Shown here: positions 43,167 to 54,330 of the stretch, one piece after another
Numbering within the stretch: the first letter of the stretch is position 1
Layout: every line of letters begins with the position of its first letter
Assembly: GCA_964016885.1 (NCBI GenBank)
Contig: OZ024744.1
Coordinates: 105,524,001-105,588,000 of the forward strand
DNA length: 64,000 bases
Source: Eledone cirrhosa
Lineage: Eukaryota
Direction of reading: 5' to 3'
Made by a program: the position numbers and the translations under genes
Notes under the pieces: generated by a model
Databases searched by the model: none
The model's input: only the letters and a program-made list of their open reading frames with translations
What the model was told of the DNA's origin: nothing

Positions 43167-46052
43167 CTTTTCTGGGTGGGAAATGACAATGGGTTGGGTG
43201 GGGTAGGAATCATGGTAGCAGAAAATTGGGCAGATAAGATAATAGACGTAAATAGAGTGAACGACAGAATAATTAAAATAAGACTTGTCCTCAATAAAAC
43301 TACGGTGACAGTAATATCTGCGTACGCACCCCAATCCGGACTGCCCGGTGCTATAAAAGACAGATTCTACGAGACACTGATGCTCGCTACCTCCCAAATA
43401 ACCGACAGTGACTATATAGTTATTGCAGGCGACCTAAATGGTCACGTTGGACAACATTGTGACGGCTATGACGGAATCCATGGAGGCTATGGGTTCGGTA
43501 CTAGAAATGAGGAAGGCTCCAGAATCCTGGAATTCTGCGACGCAAATAACTTAACTATCTGTAACACTAACTTCAAAAAACGAGACAATCACTTGATCAC
43601 CTACAGATCAGGGGGAACACACAAGCCAGGTAGATTATATCCTTACCAGAAGACGTGACAGAGTGTCTGTTGTTAACACTAAATCCCACCCCCATGAAGA
43701 ATTCACCTCCCAACATAAACTGATAATTAGCGACCTCATAGTCAGGACGAGACGTACTAGACAGCGGAAGAGGACTATCCTCAGGAGAAAAATATGGAAG
43801 CTAAAGGACCCCATAGCCAGAAATAAATTCCAAAGCATATTACTTGACGCTTTTGACAGTAAGGAAGAGCAATTAGAGTCGTATAATATAGAGGAACAGT
43901 GGGAATTCCTGAGAGCAAACCTGCTGACGGCGGCAGACGAAGTCTGTGGCTGGAGCAGGCCTGTAGGTAGGAGGAGAGTAACATGGTGGTGGAACAGTAA
44001 GGTGGAGGAGTCAATTAAGGCCAAAAAGCAGGCTTGGAAAGTATGGCGGGATGGGGGAAGTAGAGAAGACTATCAAGTGGCCAGGAGGGAAGCTAGGAGA
44101 CAAGTGTACTTCGCAAGAAGGGAAGCAGAGGAAAGAAAGTTCAAGCATGTTCTACAACGTGAGGACCAAAAACGTGAGGTGTTCAGGATTGCCAGGCAAT
44201 GTGTCAAGGAAAACCGTGATATTGTCGGGGAGAAGTGTGTACTTAACGATGATGGCATACTTGCCATCACCGATGCTGATAAGAAGGTAGCTTGGAAGTG
44301 TCACTACGAAAGGCTTCTAAATGAGGAGAACAAATGGGAGAAAGACAGTCTCCCCCAGATCGATCCAATAGAGGGACCAGCAGTGTTAGTTGAAGGTAGT
44401 ATAATAAGTAAGGCAATCAAAGATATGAAGACGGGTAAGGCGGCTGGGCCTTCGGAAATAGTTGCTGAGATGCTGAAGGCATCTGGTTCGGTGGGACACA
44501 CCATGGTCACCCGGATAGTTAACCAAGTCGTACAGAATGGGGTTGTTCCGAAGGAATGGCGTAGCAGCATCATCGTTAACTGCTATAAGGGAAAAGGAGA
44601 TGCCCTAGATAGGAGTAACTATAGAGGCATTAAATTAATCGACCAGGTCATGAAGGTCACGGAAAAAGTAATAGCGCAACTAATCAGAGAGAGAATTGAT
44701 CTAGATGAAATGCAGTTCGGGTTTGTGTCAGGCAAAAGTACCACAGACGCTCTTTTCATTGTACGACAACTACAGGAGAAGTACCTAGCTAAAAGTAAAC
44801 CCCTATACTTAGCTTTCGTCGACTTGGAGAAAGCCTTCGACAGAGTCCCCCGTTCCATTATCTGGTGGTCTCTTAGAAAACTAGGTGTTGACGAATGGCT
44901 TGTGAGAGCTATACAAGCCATGTATAAAGAAACAGTCAGTAAGGTTAGAATTAACAACGAATATAGTGAAGAGTTTAGCGTAAAAGTTGGTGTCCATCAG
45001 GGCTCTGTTCTTAGCCCCCTACTATTTATTATTGCCCTTCAGGCTATAACAGAGGAGTTCAAGACCGGCTGCCCATGGGAACTCCTATACGCAGATGATC
45101 TAACGCTCATAGCTGAATCAATGACCGAACTAGAGAAGAAATTCCAAACATGGAAGCACGGCCTAGAATCAAAAGGCCTTAAAATTAACCTGGCTAAGAC
45201 TAAAGTTCTAGTTTGTAGGAAAGAAAATAAGGCGGCGGTCCCATCTGGGAAATGGCCATGCTCAGTGTGTAGGAAAGGCGTAGGTAGAAACTCCATTTTA
45301 TGTCCCAAATGCAAAGTATGGGTGCATAAAAGATGTAGTGGGATCACAGGTAAGCTAACTAAGAACATAGATTTTACATGTGGCCGGTGCTCTGGTGCAA
45401 TAAGTAGCAGCAAGTGCCCACAAATACTAGCTCCTTCAACTGCGCAGAGGGTTCTATAGAAATAGTGGACAGCTTCCGTTATCTGGGTGACAAAATCAGC
45501 AGTGGGGGGGGGGGGGGGGGGTGCTCTGAAAGTACAGTAGCTAGAGTCAGAACTGGATGGAAAAAGTTCAGAGAGCTTATACCACTATTAGCCGCTAGAG
45601 GGTTCTCCCTAAAAATGAAAGGCAGGTTATACGATGCCTGCATACGAACAGCAATGCTGCATGGCAGTGAGACCTGGGCATTGTGTGCAGAGGATATACG
45701 CAGACTAGAGAGGAACGAAGCTTGCATGCTCCGCTGGATGTGCAATAGTAATATACGTGAACGGCAAAGCATAAACGAACTAAGGAAAAAATTAGAAATA
45801 AGAGGGATCAGATGTTGTTTACTCGAGAGAAGGCTACGTTGGTACGGTCACGTGATGCGCATGAAAGACGACAGCTGTATAACAAAGTGCAGGGCAATAA
45901 AGATAGACGGTAGCCACGGAGTAGGCAGACCCAGAAAAACATGGGACGAGCTGATAAATTCCGACCTCACACGCTTACACCTCTCCAAGACAATGTCACT
46001 GGACCGAGACCTTTGGCGGTACTCAGTAATAGAGAAGACCCGCCTTACCTAA
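43167..46052 (+). pseudogene. LINE ORF2: APE endonuclease, reverse transcriptase and PHD-type finger; two frameshifts (~43617, ~45415)
   Basis: APE motifs GVGI, SAYAPQ, GDLNGHVG and (S)QVDYIL after the frameshift. RT motifs YKGKGD..NYRGIKL, QFGF, FVDLEKAFD, GVHQGSVLSPLLF, LLYADDL, FRYLG. RTE-type C-terminus RLRWYGHVMR...GRPRKTW. Split across ORFs 43176-43658, 43663-45459 and 45414-46052. Confidence 0.95.
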
Positions 46053-46220
46053 ATACAAAGTAAAAACCTACTACAGTCAGTAGGCATCTCCATCAAAACA
46101 CACCCCCGTCCCACCACCTCCACCCCACCCACACCGCCCCTTTCAATGTAAAGTTATGTTGGTCCCACAACATCCAGGCCGAAACAAATGAGATCGTGTA
46201 GGTGTCACGACAAAAAACAC

Positions 46221-46452
46221 ACAGTCCACGCTGTAAATGTGGCCGTGTAGGCAACACGGTAAAAACCTCCCAGCCACACACTGTAAATGTGGTTGGTGTT
46301 AGGAAGGGCATCCAGCTGTAGAAAACCCGCCAGACAGTCCACGCTGTAATGTGGCCGTGTAGGCAACACGGTAAAAACCTCCCAGCCCCACACTGTAAAT
46401 GTGGTTGGTGTTAGGAAGGGCATCCAACTGTAGAAAACCCGCCAGACAGTCC
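46221..46452 (+). repeat. ~113-bp tandem duplication in the LINE 3' UTR
   Basis: ACAGTCC...GTTGGTGTTAGGAAGGGCATCCA.CTGTAGAAAACCCGCCAG occurs twice (starts 46221 and 46334). Confidence 0.9.
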
Positions 46453-46536
46453 TATGCGAGCAAGACAACCACTCTTGCCTCAAGTGGGAAAACCCCCGTC
46501 CAAACCCATGCAAGCGTGGAACACGGACGCTAAACC

Positions 46537-46570
<34 letters not shown>

Positions 46571-46571
<1 letters not shown>

Positions 46572-47570
46572 TTAGGAAACCTGCTGGGTGTGCTGGGCTC
46601 CAGCCATATCTTGTCAGTGAAACTGAGTAGTCATAAATTGTTAGGAAACCTGCTGGCTGTGCTGGGCTCCAGCCAAATCTTGTCAGTGAAACTGAGTAGT
46701 CATAAATTGTTAGGAAACCTGCTGGTTGTGCTGGGCTCCAGCCAAATCTTGTCAGTGAAACTGAGTAGTCATAAATTGTTAGGAAACCTGCTGGCTGTGC
46801 TGGGCTCCAGCCATATCTTGTCAGTGAAACTGAGTAGTCATAAATTGTTAGGAAACCTGCTGGGTGTGCTGGGCTCCAGCCATATCTTGTCAGTGAAACT
46901 GAGTAGTCATAAATTGTTAGGAAACCTGCTGGGTGTGCTGGGCTCCAGCCATATCTTGTCAGTGAAACTGAGTAGTCATAAATTGTTAGGAAACCTGCTG
47001 GGTGTGCTGGGCTCCAGCCATATCTTGTCAGTGAAACTGAGTAGTCATAAATTGTTAGGAAACCTGCTGGGTGTGCTGGGCTCCAGCCATATCTTGTCAG
47101 TGAAACTGAGTAGTCATAAATTGTTAGGAAACCTGCTGGGTGTGCTGGGCTCCAGCCATATCTTGTCAGTGAAACTGAGTAGTCATAAATTGTTAGGAAA
47201 CCTGCTGGGTGTGCTGGGCTCCAGCCATATCTTGTCAGTGAAACTGAGTAGTCATAAATTGTTAGGAAGCCTGCTGGGTGTGCTGGGCTCCAGCCATATC
47301 TTGTCAGTGAAACTGAGTAGTCATAAATTGTTAGGAAACCTGCTGGCTGTGCTGGGCTCCAGCCATATCTTGTCAGTGAAACTGAGTAGTCATAAATTGT
47401 TAGGAAACCTGCTGGCTGTGCTGGGGTCAAGCCATATCTTGTCAGTGAAACTGAGTAGTCATAAATTGTTAGGAAACCTGCTGGCTGTGCTGGGCTCCAG
47501 CCATATCTTGTCAGTGAAACTGAGTAGTCATAAATTGTTAGGAAGCCTGCTGGGTGTGCTAGGGTCAAGC
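46571..47570. repeat. 69-bp minisatellite, right segment (~14.5 copies)
   Basis: Same unit as 42081-43166. Confidence 0.98.
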
Positions 47571-47853
47571 CAAGGGCCTCGTTTGCCTTAAACATGTGAA
47601 GGGGACAAACCAACATTTGTTGGTTCTTAAGGGAACATGTTAGTATTGCTTATGGTGCCTTTCCCGGGCCCTATCACATAAGAAAAATGTTATGCTAAAT
47701 AAATTTTATATATTCAAATAAAGTTCAGATATAAAAAAAAATAATGTTAAAATGAATTTATTATATCAAATAAACAAAATACAAAAGATGGTTTGTGTGT
47801 GTGTGGGGGGGGGGGGACTTTTTCCCTGGTACCCCCCTGAAACAAGGCCTTTG
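47571..47853. mobile_element. 283-bp MITE with 8-bp TSD (hAT-type)
   Basis: Imperfect TIRs CAAGGGCCTCGTTT and AAACAAGGCCTTTG. Exact GGTCAAGC duplication at 47563-47570 and 47854-47861. Confidence 0.75.
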
Positions 47854-47917
47854 GGTCAAGCCATACCATGTCAGTGAAACTGGGTAGTTGTAAACTGTTA
47901 GGAAGCCTGCTGGGTGT
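47854..47917. repeat. Diverged terminal unit of the 69-bp minisatellite
   Basis: GGTCAAGCCATACCATGTCAGTGAAACTGGGTAGTTGTAAACTGTTAGGAAGCCTGCTGGGTGT aligns to the unit with several substitutions. Confidence 0.9.
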
Positions 47918-48628
47918 CATGCTGAATCTCCCTGAAAATTATGTTAAACATATACGTGGCTGTGAAATGATCAGGTTGTTCAGTTTATCTATAATATTCA
48001 TCGTTGGAATTAGTGGAGTGTCTATTTCCACGTGTATGTTATATGTATGTGTATACGTGTCTGTGTCAACAATAAACAAATGTTTGATATCATACCAAGG
48101 GAAGTAATTTATGTTCTCTTCCAACTAGAGTTAATTCCTCTTTGTTTATTTATTCACACAAATTTTGTTCTCGTAAAAAAACCATTGGTAGTTGATAATA
48201 TAATATTGTGTGCACAAATATTAAGATATATATTAACACTGCTATAGGATATAGAACACTTCCTCTTGTTGTTTTTATTCTACTTTACACACACACATAC
48301 ATACGTACACATAATATATAATTATATACATATAAATATATAATTCGTTTTTGAATTTGTTTTGCAAGATTCTTATCTGAAAACGTGTGTTGAAACAGAC
48401 AGTGTTGTACTTTGGGAGGGTCATGTTGCCAATAAAAAACATACGCACCTGAGGATTCCACTCCAATTTATCATAAGTTTTCTGTTTGTTGGTTTGATAA
48501 CCGGAAGATTGTTTATATATTGTCAAAGCTCTTTCGTCACACATTCTATAACCTCCTCATTGTCTAGGTTTTTATTTTGTGTCTCTCCTTTCTTCTGTTT
48601 TTGTGTGTGGTGTGCTTAGTTTGGGCAA

Positions 48629-48692
<64 letters not shown>
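48629..48692. repeat. (CA)n(TA)n microsatellite
   Basis: Directly visible. Confidence 0.95.
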
Positions 48693-48699
<7 letters not shown>

Positions 48700-49488
48700 T
48701 AAACAAATAATGAATAAACAATTCCTTATATTAAACAAAAAAAGTTCATTATTTAACGATCGTTTCTAGGATATATATATGTTAGAATTGGTATGCATAT
48801 TCAACAGATCTATGTACAAAATTATACAAAATTATACAAATTATCAAGATTAAATATACATACCAAACACATATATACGCCGTCTTCAGAAATAATGAAG
48901 TATATTTATTGATAATAACAACAATTCAAAATTTCAGTTCAAAATTGACCAATGAAAACACAAAGGGTTAAATGCAGTTCGGTGTGTGTATATACATGTA
49001 AAACCCTTACACATATTTTACAAAAATGTATGTATAATTTGTATACGCATACTAAAAGGATGGATGCAAATACAAAATTTCAAGGTTAATGTCTCTGTAA
49101 GTTTACAATGCGCAGATAAGATGCGTATTGACACTTATGGAGTCAAGTATATAAATATATTTTTTCATACTCACACATATCCGTACAATCACACATACAC
49201 GCGCGTATATGCATAAATATACACATAACCACGAACATACAAACACACACACACCCCCACTCACATTTATATATGTGGATATAAAATCATAAGCACATGG
49301 ATATTAATTCACTCACATAAAACACTGGCACACACATTTTTAGATCAAGATACAGAAATTAGGTGGGAGGGGGGGGGGGAGGGGTCAGTATTCAACTGTC
49401 TGAGCAGACTGCCTAATATAAATGTATCTATAAACTAAGAAAAATAAAAAAATAAAATATAATAAATAAAACATTAAAGAGGAAAGAA
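48691..49488 (+). repeat. Left arm of an ~800-bp near-perfect long inverted repeat
   Basis: Reverse complement of ~51875-52676. The same 76-aa spurious ORF appears at 48986+ and 52151-. Confidence 0.95.
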
Positions 49489-49574
49489 TAGAAAGAAAAA
49501 CAGAAAAAAGAAAAAAGAAAAAAGAAAAAAGAAATATATCAAGAAAATAAATATATATATATATACACATATAT

Positions 49575-49619
<45 letters not shown>

Positions 49620-49813
49620 TATACATATATATAAAAACATACATATATATACACATAGACACACACATATCCATACATAAATATACACACATATATAAAC
49701 ACATACATACATATACACACATCCACACTAAGAACATACATATACACACATATATAAACATATACATATACACACATACATACATATACACATATACATA
49801 CAAATACACATAC

Positions 49814-49858
<45 letters not shown>

Positions 49859-50184
49859 AATACATATATATGTACATACACGTACATATATACACACATA
49901 TACATATAATTACACATACTATATAGACACAGATATATATAACCACACACATACATGCACATATACAACACTTACATACTAATATACATACAGATATACA
50001 CATACATAGCTATATATACACACAAATATATACAGACTTACATATATACACATACAGACAAATACTTACGCATCTATATATCGGTATATACATACAAACA
50101 CCACTACACTATCACACAACTTAGAAATACAAAGAGAAAGGTATATACCTATACACACATACATATACAAATAGAGAAACATAT

Positions 50185-50219
<35 letters not shown>

Positions 50220-50250
50220 CACACACACATACATATACATATATATATAT

Positions 50251-50292
<42 letters not shown>

Positions 50293-50532
50293 CAAATACA
50301 CATACACACACATACAGATATATACACATACATACATGTACACACACATAGAAATATTTACACATACACACATACACACATACATATAAAATCATACACA
50401 CACATACACCTACACGAACATACACATACACATATATAAAGATATATATATACACACACACACACGCAACACATACACACATACACATATATATAAAAAA
50501 TAAATAATAAAGATATATACATATATATATAT

Positions 50533-50585
<53 letters not shown>

Positions 50586-51265
50586 CACCTAAATATACAT
50601 ACACATATATACACACATACATAGACATACATGTACATACATATACGTACATCGATATTCATATATATATATATATATATACACACATAGACATATACAT
50701 ACATACACACACAACTTACATACACACATATATATACATGTAAATTCATACATAGAATTAGATATATAATCATACATACATATGCACTTACTTATACTCA
50801 TATATAGAAATACATACGCATCCATATATGCGTATATACATAAAAAACCACTACAACCTCACCTAACTCAGACATACAAATAAAAATAATAATAAAAAGG
50901 CATATGTATATACATACACACACGCATTAATAGAGATATATATATACACACATACATACACATATATATATATATATATATACACATATATATATATATA
51001 TATATACACACATACACTCATACATATATATATATATATACATAGATACCCACACACTCATACCACCATAAATACACATACAAACACCCACATATACATA
51101 TATATACACACGTATATATATATATATATATATACACACACATAAAAAACAGACATGCACATATATATATATTTTTTTACACTTATATATACACATATTA
51201 TATACACATACACAACCTCACTTATACACACATACACATAAGTTATATTATAATAATAAAAAATA

Positions 51266-51306
<41 letters not shown>

Positions 51307-51396
51307 CACACATACATATATATATATACATACATATAAACATATACATACATAAATACACACATACGAATATAGACATATATTCACACATAGACA

Positions 51397-51438
<42 letters not shown>

Positions 51439-51874
51439 TACATATACACAGACACATATACACACTCACATATATATATATGTGTGTGTGCACACACACA
51501 CACATACACACATACACATATATACATATAAATACATATATGTGCATACATGCACACACACACACATATATCACATAGATACGAAGATAGACATATAAAT
51601 AGAGAGACATACATATATATACAACACACATACACACACATACATACACACGCATATACATATACATATATATATACATATATATATTCCTATATATACA
51701 TGCATACATATATATACACATATATACACATACATACACATATACGTACACACATTCACATACACATACATATATACATGCATATATACACATATATACA
51801 TACATACACACACTCATATATACACACACAATCTTACATTCATATTTGCATGCGCATATATGTATTTTTATGTA
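49489..51874. repeat. Low-complexity (TA/CA/TACA)n tract forming the spacer of the inverted repeat
   Basis: Almost entirely alternating purine-pyrimidine repeats. Confidence 0.95.
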
Positions 51875-52676
51875 TTTCTTTCCTCTTTAATGTTTTATTT
51901 ATTATATTTTATTTTTTTATTTTTCTTAGTTTATAGATACATTTATATTAGGCAGTCTGCTCAGACAGTTGAATACTGACCCCTCCCTCCCCCCCCCCTC
52001 CCACCTAATTTCTGTATCTTGATCTAAAAATGTGTGTGCCAGTGTTTTATGTGAGTGAATTAATATCCATGTGCTTATGATTTTATATCCACATATATAA
52101 ATGTGAGTGGGGGTGTGTGTGTGTTTGTATGTTCGTGGTTATGTGTATATTTATGCATATACGCGCGTGTATGTGTGATTGTACGGATATGTGTGAGTAT
52201 GAAAAAATATATTTATATACTTGACTCCATAAGTGTCAATACGCATCTTATCTGCGCATTGTAAACTTACAGAGACATTAACCTTGAAATTTTGTATTTG
52301 CATCCATCCTTTTAGTATGCGTATACAAATTATACATACATTTTTGTAAAATATGTGTAAGGGTTTTACATGTATATACACACACCGAACTGCATTTAAC
52401 CCTTTGTGTTTTCATTGGTCAATTTTGAACTGAAATTTTGAATTGTTGTTATTATCAATAAATATACTTCATTATTTCTGAAGACGGCGTATATATGTGT
52501 TTGGTATGTATATTTAATCTTGATAATTTGTATAATTTTGTATAATTTTGTACATAGATCTGTTGAATATGCATACCAATTCTAACACATATATATCCTA
52601 GAAACGATCGTTAAATAATGAACTTTTTTTGTTTAATATAAGGAATTGTTTATTCATTATTTGTTTAATATTTTAT
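51875..52676 (-). repeat. Right arm of the ~800-bp long inverted repeat
   Basis: Mirrors 48691-49488; the only differences seen were one substitution and a G/C-run variant. Confidence 0.95.
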
Positions 52677-52828
52677 CTTGACTCTGTATACCGTTTATCT
52701 TTCACCGAAAGTGGTTTTTCATTACATCTCTTCTTTCCATGATATCCGGAATACATTGAGTTCTTCATACGGATTGGACACTACCGTAAACTCTTGGTAG
52801 ATTTATCTACATATATATATATATATAT

Positions 52829-53156
52829 ATAAACGGAAAAAATGAAACGAAATTTCATTTCCCACTCTTAGTACGGCTGTTACTTAAATATAAGTATGTA
52901 CACGTACATACATATATGTATACAGACGTACAGTAGTATGTATATATATATATACATACATGCACACATATATATATGTACATTTATTATAATGCTCGGT
53001 GTGTTTGTAAACAAACATCCCGTATTAAGCCGTAGTGTCTAGCAACCATCGTTGCTCGTTTGCTCAACACTGACAAAGGAACGCTGTACTAGTTTCAAGC
53101 TTATTAGCTATCTTCAGCAACGTATACCTTCCTGCCAGATTGTTGAACGTATATAC
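52829..53156 (-). mobile_element. Inverted partial copy of the 396-bp hammerhead-containing (retrozyme-like) unit
   Basis: Reverse complement of ~53260-53578 with small indels; contains a hammerhead. Confidence 0.9.
53081..53123 (-). ncRNA. Type I hammerhead ribozyme (CUGAAGA variant)
   Basis: Minus strand reads ACGTTG CTGAAGA T AGCT AATA AGCT T GAAA CTA GTA CAGCGT. Confidence 0.8.
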
Positions 53157-53292
53157 ATTTTTTTCTTTTTTTTTCTGTTTATCGTTTACGGTGCACCCGG
53201 CCGATTAACCCACTCGATATGCAAATTGGGCTACTCAGCCGTTAATATACATAAGGTAAGTATATACGTTCAACAATCTGGCAGGAAGGTAT

Positions 53293-53335
53293 ACGTTGCT
53301 GACGATAGCTAATAAGCTTGAAACTAGTACAGCGT
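53293..53335 (+). ncRNA. Type I hammerhead ribozyme, predicted cleavage after 53329 (GUA)
   Basis: Stem I ACGTTG/CAGCGT, core CTGACGA, stem II AGCT-AATA-AGCT, GAAA, palindromic minimal stem III ACTAGT, cleavage triplet GTA. Confidence 0.85.
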
Positions 53336-53688
53336 TCCTTTGTCAGTGTTGAGCAAACGAGCAACGATGGTTGCTGGACACTACGGCTTAATACGGGATG
53401 TTTGTTTACAAATACATCGAGCATTATAATAAATGTTCGGTGAATCCATACGTACATATATATATGTGTGCATGTATGTATATATACATACTACTGTACA
53501 TCTGTATACATACTTATATTTAAGTAACAGCCGTACTAAGAGTGGGAAATGAAATTTTGTTTCATTTTTTCCGTTTATCGTTTACGGTGCACCTGGCCGA
53601 TTAACCCACTCGATATGCAAATTGGGCTACTCAGCCGTTAATATGCATAAGGTAAGTATATACGTTCAACAATCTGGCAGGAAGGTAT

Positions 53689-53731
53689 ACGTTGCTGACG
53701 ATAGCTAATAAGCTTGAAACTAGTACAGCGT
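53689..53731 (+). ncRNA. Type I hammerhead ribozyme, predicted cleavage after 53725
   Basis: Identical to 53293-53335. Confidence 0.85.
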
Positions 53732-54084
53732 TCCTTTGTCAGTGTTGAGCAAACGAGCAACGATGGTTGCTGGACACTACGGCTTAATACGGGATGTTTG
53801 TTTACAAATACATCGAGCATTATAATAAATGTTCGGTGAATCCATACGTACATATATATATGTGTGCATGTATGTATATATACATACTACTGTACATCTG
53901 TATACATACTTATATTTAAGTAACAGCCGTACTAAGAGTGGGAAATGAAATTTTGTTTCATTTTTTCCGTTTATCGTTTACGGTGCACCTGGCCGATTAA
54001 CCCACTCGATATGCAAATTGGGCTACTCAGCCGTTAATATGCATAAGGTAAGTATATACGTTCAACAATCTGGCAGGAAGGTAT

Positions 54085-54127
54085 ACGTTGCTGACGATAG
54101 CTAATAAGCTTGAAACTAGTACAGCAT
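54085..54127 (+). ncRNA. Type I hammerhead ribozyme, predicted cleavage after 54121
   Basis: Same core; one stem I mismatch (CAGCAT). Confidence 0.8.
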
Positions 54128-54328
54128 TCCTTTGTCAGTGTTGAGCAAACGAGTAACGATGGTTACTAGACACTACGGCTTAATACGGGATGTATGTTTA
54201 CAAACACATCGAGCATTATAATAAATGTTCGGTGAATCCATATGTACATATATATATGTGTGCATGTATGTATATATATATACATACTACTGTACGTCTG
54301 TATACATATATGTATGTACGTGTACATA

Positions 54329-54330
<2 letters not shown>

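Larger units (their letters stand above)
43167..46570 (+). mobile_element. RTE-clade non-LTR retrotransposon (LINE), 5'-truncated, young insertion
   Basis: Starts mid-endonuclease and ends in a (GAT)11 tail (46538-46570). Flanked by a (T)GTTAG duplication (43161-43166 and 46570-46575). The minisatellite register resumes exactly after it. Confidence 0.95.

Noticed and set aside
42047-47616. 350-443 aa ORFs on both strands with 23-aa repeats
   Set aside because: A by-product of a 69-bp (multiple of 3) stop-free unit. Open on both strands, starts fall in LINE sequence, the (GAT)n tail or flanking repeats, and there is no independent sign of coding.
49385-51936. Numerous YI/CV/HT-rich ORFs (also 41801-42078 and 54190-54568)
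   Set aside because: Translations of (TA)n, (TG)n and (CA)n microsatellites.
52476-52500. CTGAAGACGGCG as a hammerhead core in the long inverted-repeat arms
   Set aside because: No stem II followed by GAAA and no NUH at a suitable distance.
53052-53853. Repeated 71-86 aa ORFs in the 396-bp units
   Set aside because: Short, no recognisable domain, and they recur only because the unit is repeated; the RNA structure explains the element better.
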